Below the pieces are notes generated by a model. The model had not been told where the DNA came from. It saw only the letters and a program-made list of their open reading frames with translations, and did not search any database. A stretch of DNA of 64,000 bases, taken from a virus (taxonomy: Duplodnaviria; Caudoviricetes). Below are positions 27,197 to 37,817 of the stretch, in pieces (the stretch's first letter is position 1; each line of letters starts with the position of its first letter). The stretch covers positions 58,560 to 122,559 of IMG/VR virus record IMGVR_UViG_3300031760_000010, one strand, 5' to 3'. Both the position numbers and the translations under genes were made by a program.

Positions 27197-28090
27197 ATGG
27201 AAACGAATTTGAGACAGGCTGAAGCAAAAGTAAATATTGAAGGACTGGTGTCTGAAGTAAGTCTTACTGAAGAGATGAACAAAGAGTTGGGATGTAATCA
27301 GATTTCTGGTTATCTGACAGTTAAAACTGACGATACTAATTTCGTGCGTTTTAATGTAAGAGTGAATGAGAAAACAAAAGCAGGAACCGACAACAAAGCG
27401 TACCCTGGTATTGTAACGGTTATGAACGAATATCAGAGCATTGCTGCTGTAGGTGAAGAAGCCGCTGATAAAGTAAGGATTACTGGTGATCTTAATCTTT
27501 ATCATTCTGATCAGAATAACCAGGATATGGTTGGATATAAGAGTAATTTCTTTAACCGGGTGACTGGTGAATATAATCCGCATGCTGAATTCGATGTAGA
27601 GATGTTTATTTCTGGTATGACTCCAGAAGTAAATACGGATGGAGAAGAGACTGGCAGAATTCTTGTAAAGGGTTGGGTACCACAGTATGAGAACGGTATT
27701 GAGCCGCTTACACTGGTAGCGCCTGTAGACGTCGCAGATGCGGTTGAGAGTACATTTGAGCCAGGTCAGACGGTGAGATTTTTTGGCGAAGTGATTAATG
27801 ATCGAGTAGTTATTAAGAGAGAGATCCCTGTAGCGATTGGCAAGCCTAAGATTGAAACGCATATTAGTTCGAAGAATGAGCTGAGAATTACTGGTGCATC
27901 AGAAGCATATGAGGAGGGTGTCAGCCCCGTAGCGCCTTATGATGCGGATACTATTAAAGCAGCAATTCAGGCAAGAAAAGATCGTATTGAAAGCCGTAAG
28001 GCTCAGGCCGCAGCTAGAACTGCTGGTGGAAGAACTAATACGAAACCAAGTGGTGCCTCCAGAGGTAGAAGCCTCGATCTGGGATTTTAA
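27197..28090 (+). CDS. putative ssDNA-binding (OB-fold) protein
   Basis: First gene of an SPbeta-like replication block; beta-rich with flexible C-tail ending in F. Confidence 0.55.
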   Translation: METNLRQAEAKVNIEGLVSEVSLTEEMNKELGCNQISGYLTVKTDDTNFVRFNVRVNEKTKAGTDNKAYPGIVTVMNEYQSIAAVGEEAADKVRITGDLNLYHSDQNNQDMVGYKSNFFNRVTGEYNPHAEFDVEMFISGMTPEVNTDGEETGRILVKGWVPQYENGIEPLTLVAPVDVADAVESTFEPGQTVRFFGEVINDRVVIKREIPVAIGKPKIETHISSKNELRITGASEAYEEGVSPVAPYDADTIKAAIQARKDRIESRKAQAAARTAGGRTNTKPSGASRGRSLDLGF

Positions 28091-28106
28091 TTGGAGGTAA
28101 GGGATT

Positions 28107-29168
28107 ATGGCAAAAGTAAAAGAAAATCAAGAGGTCGCTCTAGAAGAAGTAATTGAAGAAGCAAAGAAAAAACCAGTAGCCTTTTCATTGGATGACTTGT
28201 TGAATGCGAACGTATCTAGAGTTACTCGCTCTTTGGATAACTTTATTGCTTGTTGGTATGGACTTGGTGGGCTTGGAAAAACTCCTGTGGCTGTTGATAT
28301 GCCAGATTCCTTTTACCTGGCATTTGGTAAATCTGGACTGAGTGGATTAAATAATGTGCCATTCGTGTCTATTAAATCTTGGTCAGAGTTCTTAAAATTT
28401 GTGAAAACAGCATCGGATCCTAAGAATTATGAAGCACTGCATTCAAAATATAAAGGTTTCATCCTTGATGAAGTAGAAGTTCTTTATTCTTATTGTGAAA
28501 AATATGTAGCAAATAGTGAGGGTGTAAATAAAATCAAGGAAGGAAATGGCGGTTTCGGTCTATGGGGTGATTTAAAGGCAGAATGGGAATCTGCTATGCT
28601 AAAGTTGATTGGTAGCGGGTTTTATGTAATTTTTATTCTACATGCCATAGCTGACGAGGATGGAAGATTCTTCCCTGTTGGAGATAGGAAGCGTATGCTT
28701 CCCATTATTCTGAATCATAGTGATGTAATTGGATATGTCAAAGGGAACGGTGTAGATCCTGATACAGGACGTCCGATTCATTCTTCACTAATGTTGGCGG
28801 GGACGGACGAATACTTTGCCAGGACTCGAAATGAATATTTTGATCCTGTTATTGAAGATTTTACCGCTGAAAATTTGATTCAGGCTTATTATACAGCAAT
28901 CGATCGGCAGGAACAGGCCGACGGTGTGAAAGCGGTTTCTAAAGAAGAACGAGATGCAATGTTTGAAACTGAAAAACGGGACTTTGATGATTTAATGAGC
29001 GAAGTACAAGAAGTTGGTATGAAAATTGTCCAGAAATATGGGTCGAAAGAAAAGCTGACTGAAGTTGTTGAATCTGTACTAGGTAAGGGCGCGTTGGTAT
29101 CTACGTGTACTCCTAAGCAGCAGGAAGCTGTTGAAGTGATTCTTAATGAACTTAAAGGGTTGTTATAA
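28107..29168 (+). CDS. AAA_24/Sak4-like ATPase
   Basis: YGLGGLGKT Walker A; ILDE Walker B. Confidence 0.75.
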   Translation: MAKVKENQEVALEEVIEEAKKKPVAFSLDDLLNANVSRVTRSLDNFIACWYGLGGLGKTPVAVDMPDSFYLAFGKSGLSGLNNVPFVSIKSWSEFLKFVKTASDPKNYEALHSKYKGFILDEVEVLYSYCEKYVANSEGVNKIKEGNGGFGLWGDLKAEWESAMLKLIGSGFYVIFILHAIADEDGRFFPVGDRKRMLPIILNHSDVIGYVKGNGVDPDTGRPIHSSLMLAGTDEYFARTRNEYFDPVIEDFTAENLIQAYYTAIDRQEQADGVKAVSKEERDAMFETEKRDFDDLMSEVQEVGMKIVQKYGSKEKLTEVVESVLGKGALVSTCTPKQQEAVEVILNELKGLL

Positions 29169-29170
29169 AA

Positions 29171-29779
29171 ATGTCTAGACCTAAGAAATGTGTGCTCTGT
29201 GGGGAGGTTATACTTCCCACAGAGTCTTGCGTACCATATAAGCATAGATATGCTCATTCAAAATGTTTTAATGATGCGATGCGGACACTCTCAAATGGTA
29301 AGAAAAAGCAGTTGCAGACTGCTGCTGAGAGCAAAAAGAAAAAAATGAATAAACCGCAAGCGCAATTAAAAGAGGGAATGAGCGAGGAAGAATATGCTAA
29401 AAAGAAAAAATATTATAATTATTTACAGTCTTTAGTTGAAGATGGAGATTTAACGGCAAAGCAGTTTGCTGTATCTGAAAAATATATTGAACGGTATAAT
29501 TTTAATTTTGAGGGAATGTACAACACGTTAGTATATCTGAACGAAATCCTGGAAAAGGATTTAACAGGAGATGTGGTTGGTATAATTCCCTATTATTATA
29601 ATGAGGCGAATCAGTTTTATGAAGAATTAACTGCTATTGAAGTTAATAATACAAATATTAATCTGCAAACTTTATATCCAACGAAACACGTATATATTAA
29701 GCCTATTAAGAAAAGATTCAAAGAGTTGGATATAGAAGAGATAGGAGTAAATAATGATACCATATATGAGAATAATTGA
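29171..29779 (+). CDS. zinc-finger replication protein (YorH-like)
   Basis: CxxC..HxxC; GIIPYYY.EA motif. Confidence 0.55.
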   Translation: MSRPKKCVLCGEVILPTESCVPYKHRYAHSKCFNDAMRTLSNGKKKQLQTAAESKKKKMNKPQAQLKEGMSEEEYAKKKKYYNYLQSLVEDGDLTAKQFAVSEKYIERYNFNFEGMYNTLVYLNEILEKDLTGDVVGIIPYYYNEANQFYEELTAIEVNNTNINLQTLYPTKHVYIKPIKKRFKELDIEEIGVNNDTIYENN

Positions 29780-30130
29780 TTTTGAAATCTATGTAGCAGA
29801 CTTTATTGAAGATTTGTCTCCAAAGACAATAGAGGAAATTGAAGATATAGCTGAAAGTTTGCACAACTCCTTGGAAGTAGGAATTAAAGATTACATCGAT
29901 GGTGAAGATCGTTTCGATTATGATTATTATGAACCATTGTTTTAATTGAGGTCATTTGATGTATACAATATGTACAGAATGTATTCATAATAGAGTATGT
30001 AAAATGAAAAATGATGTAGATAGAGCGCTGATTCAAATCCAGAATAATAATTCTGTATCTATATTAGGTATTACAGACTCAGGTATACAAATTAGTGTAA
30101 ATTGCAGCGAACGAGAGTTGAGGAAAACAA

Positions 30131-31816
30131 ATGGTAGTAAATGAGGGACTGGTAGATAAAAGGGCATATCTCAACGTCATAGGATGCCTTATGCGAGACT
30201 CCTCATTGATTGATGATATGGACCACCCTTTGTCAAGGTCTGATTTTAAAACAGAAGATTTTTACGAATTGCTATTTGTAGCGATTTACAATTTGTATAT
30301 ACAAGGATGTAGTACAATAGATGAATTTGCTATAGATAGTTATTTAAGTACTTATAAAAAACAGTATCAAATCTTTCAAGATAATCATGGGTTAGATTAT
30401 TTAGTGAATGCCAGAGAGATGTCTTCTCTTGATAATTATGATTATTTTTATCATAGAATGAGAAAATTCTCTTTGCTGCGATACTATGAAAATAAAGGTG
30501 TAGACACTAAGAAGCTGATTTGTGATTGGTCTATTACGGAAGAAAAACAGGCAGAAATTGAGAAACGGAAATTCGAAGAGTATACAGAATTAGACATAGT
30601 TAGCATTATTGAGAATGAGTTGGTGATCACCCCTAAGATGGATTATTGTTCAGATTTGTTGTCTGAGAGTATCCAAGCTGGGGATGGTATGCAAGCACTG
30701 ATTGATGAGTTTTTGGAGACACCTGATTTTGGGTATAATTTTACCAGTCCTATGTTTAATGCACTATGTAGAGGTGCTAGACGAGGAAAATTTTATTTGC
30801 GTTCAGCATCGACAGGAACCGGTAAAAGCCGTAATTTTCTGATGGATGCTTGTAATTTTGCTGTGCCATATAAGTGGGATCATAAAAAGAAAGAATTTGT
30901 TTTTTCAGGGAGCAATACACCGACTTTATATATAGGTACTGAGGGAAGTTTGTGTGAATTTCAGACAATTGTATTATCTGCTGTGTCTGGAGTTAATGAA
31001 ACCCATATTCTTGAGGGAGAATATGATAAAGGTGAATTAGAACGAGTCAAACAGGCAGCACAATATATTTCTGAAAGCCCATTGTACTTAGTTTATTGCG
31101 ATGATTTTAGCATTACCGACATTGAAAATATTGCCAAACGTTATGTGTTAACATACCAAGTTGATATTTTTATTTTTGACTATCTGCAAAATTCGTTGCG
31201 ATTGTCTAATGAAATCAATTCAAAATCCAGTATGAGGATGCAGGAGTGGCAGATTTTATTAATCTTTTCTGCTCGTATGAAGGCATTGGCAGAAAGATTG
31301 AACATCGCAATTATTTCTGGTACGCAGCTGTCAGCAGAAGTGGTAGAAGCCAGATATAAAGATCATACATTACTGCAAGGCAGTAAAGCGGTTGCGAATA
31401 AAATCGATGTCGGTTTAATTCTTACTCGACCAAATAAAGCTGAACAGAAAAAGATCGAGCAACTGACTAAAACTATAATAGGTTGTCCTGAAATCAATTT
31501 GTTACAGTGGTGTTATAAAATCCGTCAGGGGAAGTTATCTCGCATCATTATTTTAAGTAATATTGATTTAGGAACTATGCAGATCAGAGATGTTCTTGTT
31601 ACTGATTTTGACTTTTCTCAATCAATTCCGATTGATGTAACACGTTCGGAAACGGTTGAAGCAGCCGTAAAAGCTAATAGTATTGGAATTAATACAGTAG
31701 ATGACCAAAACCCGCAAACAAATGAACAGGTAATTAGTGATACAGAGGATAAGAATACAGAATTGCCTTGGAATAATGATGAAAAGCCTGTAGAAAAAGC
31801 AAAGTTGGTATTTTAG
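30131..31816 (+). CDS. dnaB: DnaB-like replicative helicase
   Basis: SASTGTGKSR, FDYLQ, GTQL and GSKAVANKID motifs. Confidence 0.85.
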   Translation: MVVNEGLVDKRAYLNVIGCLMRDSSLIDDMDHPLSRSDFKTEDFYELLFVAIYNLYIQGCSTIDEFAIDSYLSTYKKQYQIFQDNHGLDYLVNAREMSSLDNYDYFYHRMRKFSLLRYYENKGVDTKKLICDWSITEEKQAEIEKRKFEEYTELDIVSIIENELVITPKMDYCSDLLSESIQAGDGMQALIDEFLETPDFGYNFTSPMFNALCRGARRGKFYLRSASTGTGKSRNFLMDACNFAVPYKWDHKKKEFVFSGSNTPTLYIGTEGSLCEFQTIVLSAVSGVNETHILEGEYDKGELERVKQAAQYISESPLYLVYCDDFSITDIENIAKRYVLTYQVDIFIFDYLQNSLRLSNEINSKSSMRMQEWQILLIFSARMKALAERLNIAIISGTQLSAEVVEARYKDHTLLQGSKAVANKIDVGLILTRPNKAEQKKIEQLTKTIIGCPEINLLQWCYKIRQGKLSRIIILSNIDLGTMQIRDVLVTDFDFSQSIPIDVTRSETVEAAVKANSIGINTVDDQNPQTNEQVISDTEDKNTELPWNNDEKPVEKAKLVF

Positions 31817-31826
31817 AGGTGAGAGC

Positions 31827-32984
31827 ATGCAATATTTGAATAAGGATTATATATTGGATTCTCTTACTGTAGATGACGTGATCTCAATTTGTGATAAATT
31901 GGGTAGCCCGTCTTATAAACTAGATAACCAGGGTAACCCTTGCTTTAGTACTTGTTTATGCCATGGTGGAGATTCGCCATATAAACTGATATATTATCAC
32001 AAGCCTGGAGAAGAATATGTTGGGCGGCGACATGGGCTATTTAAATGTTATACCTGTGGAGACGCATACGACATTGTAGAATTAGTTATTAGAGCATTTC
32101 GTCAACAGGGAAAAACTTATACTTGGTATAAAGCATTAAGATGGATCGCTCAAGTTACTGGGAAAATAGACGCTGCGTCAAGTGACAAGCCTCTTGAAGA
32201 ACGACATATTGAAGACTTCTCATGGATCGAGCGGCTAAAAAATGCTCAAAAAAAGAAGAGGGCTATTCCAAACTTATCAGAGATAAATGAGAATATACTT
32301 GAGATCTTTTGCTATTTACCACACGAAGATTGGCTGAGAGATCATATCACTACGGAAGCTCTGGGACGTTTTGGGATAGGATATTATGGTTTAACCAATC
32401 AAATTATTATACCACATTATGATATTAATGAACGATTGATTGGGATCCGGGGCCGGTATTTAGATCAGTATGATGTGGAGACGTTGGGGAAATATGTACC
32501 TTTACAGATCGAGGGACGTTTTCTATCTCATCAGCTGGGTAGTAATTTATACGGCATTCATGTTTGTAAGGACGCAATTATGCGAAAAAAGAAGTTGATG
32601 CTGGTAGAGGCGGAAAAAAGCGTTCTTCAAAGTTATAGTTATTTTGGTGAAGATAGTTTTACCGTTGCGGCTTGTGGATCGTCTATTACGCAGACTCAGG
32701 TTAAGATTATTCTAGAACAACTTCAGGTCAGCGAAGTGTTGTATGCACCAGATCGTGATTATCACTCTAGTGATAGCTTTGAAGCGGAAGTATGGTGGCA
32801 AAAACAATTGAAAAAGGTTGCTCCATTAGTACCGTATGTTAAGGTTTGTATAGTAGCAGATCGAAAAGATCGATTGAATTTCAAGGATAGCCCGACAGAT
32901 CATGGTAAAGAGGTTCTATTGGAATTGTTGGATGAAAAAATTCCAATTACGATGGAAGATATGAATGAGTTGAAAAGGAAGTAA
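31827..32984 (+). CDS. dnaG: DNA primase
   Basis: CH..CYTC zinc finger; IIIPH..GIRGR; TOPRIM EAEKS and DRD. Confidence 0.8.
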   Translation: MQYLNKDYILDSLTVDDVISICDKLGSPSYKLDNQGNPCFSTCLCHGGDSPYKLIYYHKPGEEYVGRRHGLFKCYTCGDAYDIVELVIRAFRQQGKTYTWYKALRWIAQVTGKIDAASSDKPLEERHIEDFSWIERLKNAQKKKRAIPNLSEINENILEIFCYLPHEDWLRDHITTEALGRFGIGYYGLTNQIIIPHYDINERLIGIRGRYLDQYDVETLGKYVPLQIEGRFLSHQLGSNLYGIHVCKDAIMRKKKLMLVEAEKSVLQSYSYFGEDSFTVAACGSSITQTQVKIILEQLQVSEVLYAPDRDYHSSDSFEAEVWWQKQLKKVAPLVPYVKVCIVADRKDRLNFKDSPTDHGKEVLLELLDEKIPITMEDMNELKRK

Positions 32985-32989
32985 GTTAT

Positions 32990-33973
32990 ATGAATGAGGA
33001 ACTATTAAGACCGTACATCCGGGCAGTTACGGCTGAGGACCGAAAAATACTGCCAAGATTTTCTTATAGTAAGATTGAACAATTTTTGAATTGTCCAATG
33101 GCATATGATTTTAAATATAATCAAAAGATGTATGGCAGCGATACCAGCATTGCTCTGGAGTTGGGATCACTTTTACATGCGGTATTAGAACGAAAAGGTC
33201 ATATGCTCCAAGATGGCAATATTGATTATGAGTTACTTGACAAATTAATCAATGATGGTATAATAGAGACATCAGAAAAGACCCGTGATCAAATTCCAGG
33301 TGTGAACACATTAAGATCTAAATATTGGGAGATATGGTTTAATCCTGATACTGAGGGCAGGACGTATGAAGAAAAATTAATGTTGTTTAAGGAAGTTCTT
33401 CATAGTGAAATGCAGGATGATGAAAACTGGAAGCCGTATGCCTTTGAAATGCCTTTTGAGTTTGTTTGGGATAATAAAGTAATATTGAACGGTTTTATTG
33501 ATCGGGTTGATATATCTACTGATGGGGAGTTTCGTGTTATTGATTATAAAACCAGTAAGAAAGTATTCTCAAAAGAGAAGCTTCCAACTTCTTTACAGTT
33601 TGGTATTTACAATTTAGCATTACTTGCCAACGAACAAATTAACCAGTTAGCGGTTGATAACATTTACCGTTTTATTCTTTTGAACGATTACCAGAAAGCA
33701 TTGACTAAAGGGTGGGAGAAGCGGCTGGCCAAAAAGCTGACGCAAGTGTTTACAAGTATTGCCGATAAAGAGGTGTCTAATAGATGGGATCCGAAACCGA
33801 CTCCACTGTGTCATTGGTGCTTTGCATCGGAAACTAATCCAGATGCGAAAGAATATAAAGGTGTTTGTGAATATTATTCTTTATGGACCCCAGAGAATAA
33901 AACCTTTGAGAAAAAGAAAGAATGGAATGCACTAGAGAATAAAGAAGAAACTAAAAGAAAACTAATTTTTTAA
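32990..33973 (+). CDS. PD-(D/E)XK nuclease (RecB/Cas4-like)
   Basis: FSYS..CP, GFIDRVD..IDYKT and CHWC. Confidence 0.85.
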   Translation: MNEELLRPYIRAVTAEDRKILPRFSYSKIEQFLNCPMAYDFKYNQKMYGSDTSIALELGSLLHAVLERKGHMLQDGNIDYELLDKLINDGIIETSEKTRDQIPGVNTLRSKYWEIWFNPDTEGRTYEEKLMLFKEVLHSEMQDDENWKPYAFEMPFEFVWDNKVILNGFIDRVDISTDGEFRVIDYKTSKKVFSKEKLPTSLQFGIYNLALLANEQINQLAVDNIYRFILLNDYQKALTKGWEKRLAKKLTQVFTSIADKEVSNRWDPKPTPLCHWCFASETNPDAKEYKGVCEYYSLWTPENKTFEKKKEWNALENKEETKRKLIF

Positions 33974-34156
33974 AGGAGTAAAAACATGTCTAAGAAATAT
34001 CCAGGCAGAGATACTGATTATGCGAAGTGGACATCTACTATGGCCAAACTCGATTACTTTTTGAAAGCAGAGCATGACCGTTTGAAGAAACAAACTAAAG
34101 AAGGTGACATTCGTAAATCCAAAAAGCGTATCAGAGAAGAAGAGGAGACTGTATAA

Positions 34157-35257
34157 ATGTATTGGGATTATGCAGCGACAACACCTGTAAAGCCAGAGGT
34201 CGTAGAAGCAATGATGCCTTATTTGAAAGAAAATTGGTACAACCCCTCTGCAGCTTACGAACCGGCAATGCAGGTCAGACGTGATGTTGAAGCAGCTAGG
34301 GCACGAATTGCTCAAGAAATCAATGCTGATCCTGATGAGATATATTTTACTTCTTCAGGGTCCGAAGCAAATAGTTGGGTATTACAAAGTTTTGGATCAC
34401 GAAATATTGTTATTACATCTACAATTGAACATCATTCAATTGAGCAATATAAGAATCAGAAATATTTAACTAAGGTTCCAGTGGATGACTGCGGTTTACT
34501 TGATTTGGATTTGTTACATCAATCCGTTCAGCAACCGTTAGGTGTGGGCATCTTAGCATCAGTACAGATGGCTAATAACGAAATTGGTGCGATACAAAAT
34601 TACGAAACCATTGCCAGTATTGTGCATATTAATAACGGTTTTTTCCATACAGATGCGGTACAGGCATTCGGGAAGATTCCGGTTGATGTAAAAAAAATGG
34701 GTATTGATATGTTATCTGCGTCTGGGCATAAGATTGGAGCACCAAAAGGTATTGGATTCTTGTATGTCCGACGCGGCATTCCTTTTTCTCCTATGATTTT
34801 AGGTTCTCAAGAGTTGGGAATGAGGGGAGGCACTGAGAACGTGCCATATATTATTGGGATGGCCAAAGCAGTAGATCTGATCGACTATACCGTTCAAGAA
34901 CGGTTAAAAGAAAAATATGAGTATATGGTCGGAAAAGCTTTAAAATTTGCGACTATGAATAAGGCACCAGCAGGTCATCAACTATATAATATTCTTAGCA
35001 TGACTATTGACGCAGAAGTTGATGGGAATATGCTTCTTGGTATGCTCCATGACAGAGGTCAGTTTGTTTCTGCAGGTTCGGCCTGTATGGCTCATAATCC
35101 AGAACCGAGTCATGTATTAAAAGCTATTGGATTAACAGACGAAGAGGCTTCAAGGACACTGAGAATTAGTTTATCAGATAATGTTACTTATGAAGATATT
35201 GATAAATTATTAGCGGATATTCAAGACTGCATTGAGTTTTTGAAAGGATGGACATAA
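34157..35257 (+). CDS. iscS: cysteine desulfurase
   Basis: DYAATTP, HTDAVQ, SGHKIGAPKG and SAGSAC. Confidence 0.92.
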   Translation: MYWDYAATTPVKPEVVEAMMPYLKENWYNPSAAYEPAMQVRRDVEAARARIAQEINADPDEIYFTSSGSEANSWVLQSFGSRNIVITSTIEHHSIEQYKNQKYLTKVPVDDCGLLDLDLLHQSVQQPLGVGILASVQMANNEIGAIQNYETIASIVHINNGFFHTDAVQAFGKIPVDVKKMGIDMLSASGHKIGAPKGIGFLYVRRGIPFSPMILGSQELGMRGGTENVPYIIGMAKAVDLIDYTVQERLKEKYEYMVGKALKFATMNKAPAGHQLYNILSMTIDAEVDGNMLLGMLHDRGQFVSAGSACMAHNPEPSHVLKAIGLTDEEASRTLRISLSDNVTYEDIDKLLADIQDCIEFLKGWT

Positions 35258-35652
35258 TGTTACTGTTTATTATATGCGTGTTAGCTGGAATTGTAGGATT
35301 ATATCTAGCACATAAATGGGAATTTACTGGTGCGGGCGATACAGCTTGTGTCATAGGGATTTGTTCGTTGATTGTTGTATTTTTTATGAGTATATGGATA
35401 ATTATGTCCTTTGCAACGCGTCAAGATCAAATTATTGAGCTAGATGAAATGAGGGATGCCATCATCCATGAAATCAATAGTGATTTAGATGATGACGATC
35501 CTATTGCAATTACGCATGATATTCGTGAGTATAATACAAAAGTGACTAACGGGCAGTATTGGTCACATAACTTTTGGGTGGGAATGTTTACGCCTAATAT
35601 TTATGATGATTACGAATTATTTAGCTATGAATTAGATATGCAGGAGGATTAA
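35248..35652 (+). CDS. membrane protein
   Basis: Two TM segments. Confidence 0.6.
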   Translation: MDIMLLFIICVLAGIVGLYLAHKWEFTGAGDTACVIGICSLIVVFFMSIWIIMSFATRQDQIIELDEMRDAIIHEINSDLDDDDPIAITHDIREYNTKVTNGQYWSHNFWVGMFTPNIYDDYELFSYELDMQED

Positions 35653-35654
35653 AA

Positions 35655-35852
35655 ATGAGAGATCCAAATAGGTTAGATAACTTTTATGGAGAAATGACTA
35701 AGTTACATAAAAAGCATTTCCCTGATTGGCGTTGGGGCCAGATGGTTCACAATTTTTTGGGTTGGTTGATGGAGACATACAAAGTAGACGGTTTTTATGC
35801 CGAAGAAGATAAGATGTTACAGTGGTTTAAAGAATTTTGTGAGGAGAAATGA
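35655..35852 (+). CDS. conserved small phage protein (MRDPNR..PDWR.GQ)
   Basis: Motif pattern; AGGAGG RBS. Confidence 0.65.
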   Translation: MRDPNRLDNFYGEMTKLHKKHFPDWRWGQMVHNFLGWLMETYKVDGFYAEEDKMLQWFKEFCEEK

Positions 35853-35853
35853 T

Positions 35854-36552
35854 ATGGGAGAGAATTTAACGACGGGCAGTTTGTTTTATGTTTCAAATAA
35901 TGATGATACATGGGTAAAACTTGTAGACGTTTCAAACGCCATATTTGGAAGTAACGATATAACGACATCTGATTCTAATATAATGATAAATACAGAGCCT
36001 CCAGTCTCAGCGAAGACAGTATCCGTTACGTCAGATGCAACACCAGTTTATAATTTGGTTGAAGAGATGAAAAAAGGGAGCGAAGAAATAGTTTTGACGT
36101 TTTCATTAGTGTTGATTACCAACATCAATGTTTTGGTTCCCAATAAAGTAATGGAAGTAACGTTGGCCCCGGAGTATTCTCCTTTAGTTACGCCTGGGAC
36201 ATATAAAACGGTTGTTCGAGAGCCAGATGAATTTAATATGGAGTTTGGCTGTGCTTTGGCAATTGCCAAAAGTATTTATGGGCAGTATTATACGCACGAA
36301 TTTGTTGAGCGGGCTGCACGAGAAATTATTCTATATAATAAATTTTTCCTGAAAGAAATTCGGTCAGCAATTAAAAGATATAATCGAGGTCAGAAGCAGC
36401 AGATGGAGGCATTGAGGGCTGAGCAGGAGCGTCAGGAAATCATTGAGCGTCGCAGAGCTAAGAATAAGAAGCGTCGTGAAAAAATGCTTGCTCGTAAAAA
36501 AGAAAACGAGATTAATACAATTGCTGAAGCAATTAAGAGGAGTCGAGAATGA
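35854..36552 (+). CDS. hypothetical protein with basic coiled-coil C-terminus
   Basis: GAGGAG RBS; D.FNxExGxxxAIAK motif. Confidence 0.6.
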   Translation: MGENLTTGSLFYVSNNDDTWVKLVDVSNAIFGSNDITTSDSNIMINTEPPVSAKTVSVTSDATPVYNLVEEMKKGSEEIVLTFSLVLITNINVLVPNKVMEVTLAPEYSPLVTPGTYKTVVREPDEFNMEFGCALAIAKSIYGQYYTHEFVERAAREIILYNKFFLKEIRSAIKRYNRGQKQQMEALRAEQERQEIIERRRAKNKKRREKMLARKKENEINTIAEAIKRSRE

Positions 36553-37037
36553 GTAAGACGACAATTAGAGAAGGAGTTTGGGAAACCAACTCCTCCTCTG
36601 TTCATTCGATGGTAGTTAGTAAAAAAGGTTTGAGGAAGTGTAAACTCAAACCACATAAAGATGGTTATATACATGTAAGATTAAGATACTGGGGTACAGA
36701 TCTAGAATATTTCCCGAATCAAAAAGATAAACTTTCTTATTTACTTACTTGTGCCGCTTATTGCTGTGGCTGTGGGTACGGAAGTGACGATTATGATCGA
36801 TTGTATGAAGATTACCGTTTCCAATATATCGAAGAAGCAGTAAAGCACTATTATGAAGAAACCACTGGGAAGCATGATTGCTTGGGAGTGCGAGTGGATA
36901 ATTTAGAGGATGCAGAAATAGATCATCAATCTATTCCTGAATATGGAGAAATACCTTTTGTCAGCGTTTGGGACGAACAGAGTATACAGAATTTTATTTT
37001 TAACAGTTATATTTCTTTGAAAACAGATCGTGATTGA
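36549..37037 (+). CDS. ETNSSS-motif protein 1
   Basis: IREGVWETNSSSVHS...IDHQS. Confidence 0.7.
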   Translation: MSKTTIREGVWETNSSSVHSMVVSKKGLRKCKLKPHKDGYIHVRLRYWGTDLEYFPNQKDKLSYLLTCAAYCCGCGYGSDDYDRLYEDYRFQYIEEAVKHYYEETTGKHDCLGVRVDNLEDAEIDHQSIPEYGEIPFVSVWDEQSIQNFIFNSYISLKTDRD

Positions 37038-37046
37038 GGTAGCAAT

Positions 37047-37817
37047 ATGAAGTTTACAGTTCGAAATGGTGTATGGGAAACAAATTCATCTTCAATGCAT
37101 TCAATTGTAGTAACAAAAACAGATGAAAAGTACACTCAAGAAGAAATGCTAAGTGACCTTTGGGTAGATGAAAATGGAACGTGGAATCTAAAATACCGCT
37201 CAGAGGATTTAAATTTCGGACGGTTCCCTTTTCAGGTCTTAACTACTTTCGCTGAAAAAGTCAAATATGTTATAGCTAGTAAGGGCTATTATTGGCATGG
37301 GACATATCAAAAAGTATCTCACGAAATGGAGATTCTGTTAGAGTTTATTACTGAAATTTGCCCAGCCATTAAGAACATTAGATGGCCTACGCAGTACGAA
37401 ACAGCATACCGAGATCAAGAAGGAAATGAACTTGATTATGATGATTTGCATTATGAATATGGTGATGGTTTAGGGTATCATTATATTAAAGACGGGAAAA
37501 AATATCCCGCTGTAAAAGATGACGATTATGAAGTTGAGTTGAATTATTATGGAGATATAGATCATCAGAGCAGTGGATTGCTTGAGGGATTTCTTAAGAA
37601 GGAAGGAATTACTTTAAAAGATTTCTTATCTAAAAAGAAATACATCGTTATTATTGATGGTGATGAGTATTGTTCCTGGGATACTTATAAGGCGGCCAAA
37701 ATAATTAATATGGATTATATCGACCATGAATTCCCGCCCGTAGTTAATGGTTATCATACGTCTTATGATAGTTATGAATACTTTAAGAACAAGGAAGATC
37801 GTGCCGAATGCGAATGA
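37047..37817 (+). CDS. ETNSSS-motif protein 2
   Basis: VRNGVWETNSSSMHS...IDHQS. Confidence 0.7.
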   Translation: MKFTVRNGVWETNSSSMHSIVVTKTDEKYTQEEMLSDLWVDENGTWNLKYRSEDLNFGRFPFQVLTTFAEKVKYVIASKGYYWHGTYQKVSHEMEILLEFITEICPAIKNIRWPTQYETAYRDQEGNELDYDDLHYEYGDGLGYHYIKDGKKYPAVKDDDYEVELNYYGDIDHQSSGLLEGFLKKEGITLKDFLSKKKYIVIIDGDEYCSWDTYKAAKIINMDYIDHEFPPVVNGYHTSYDSYEYFKNKEDRAECE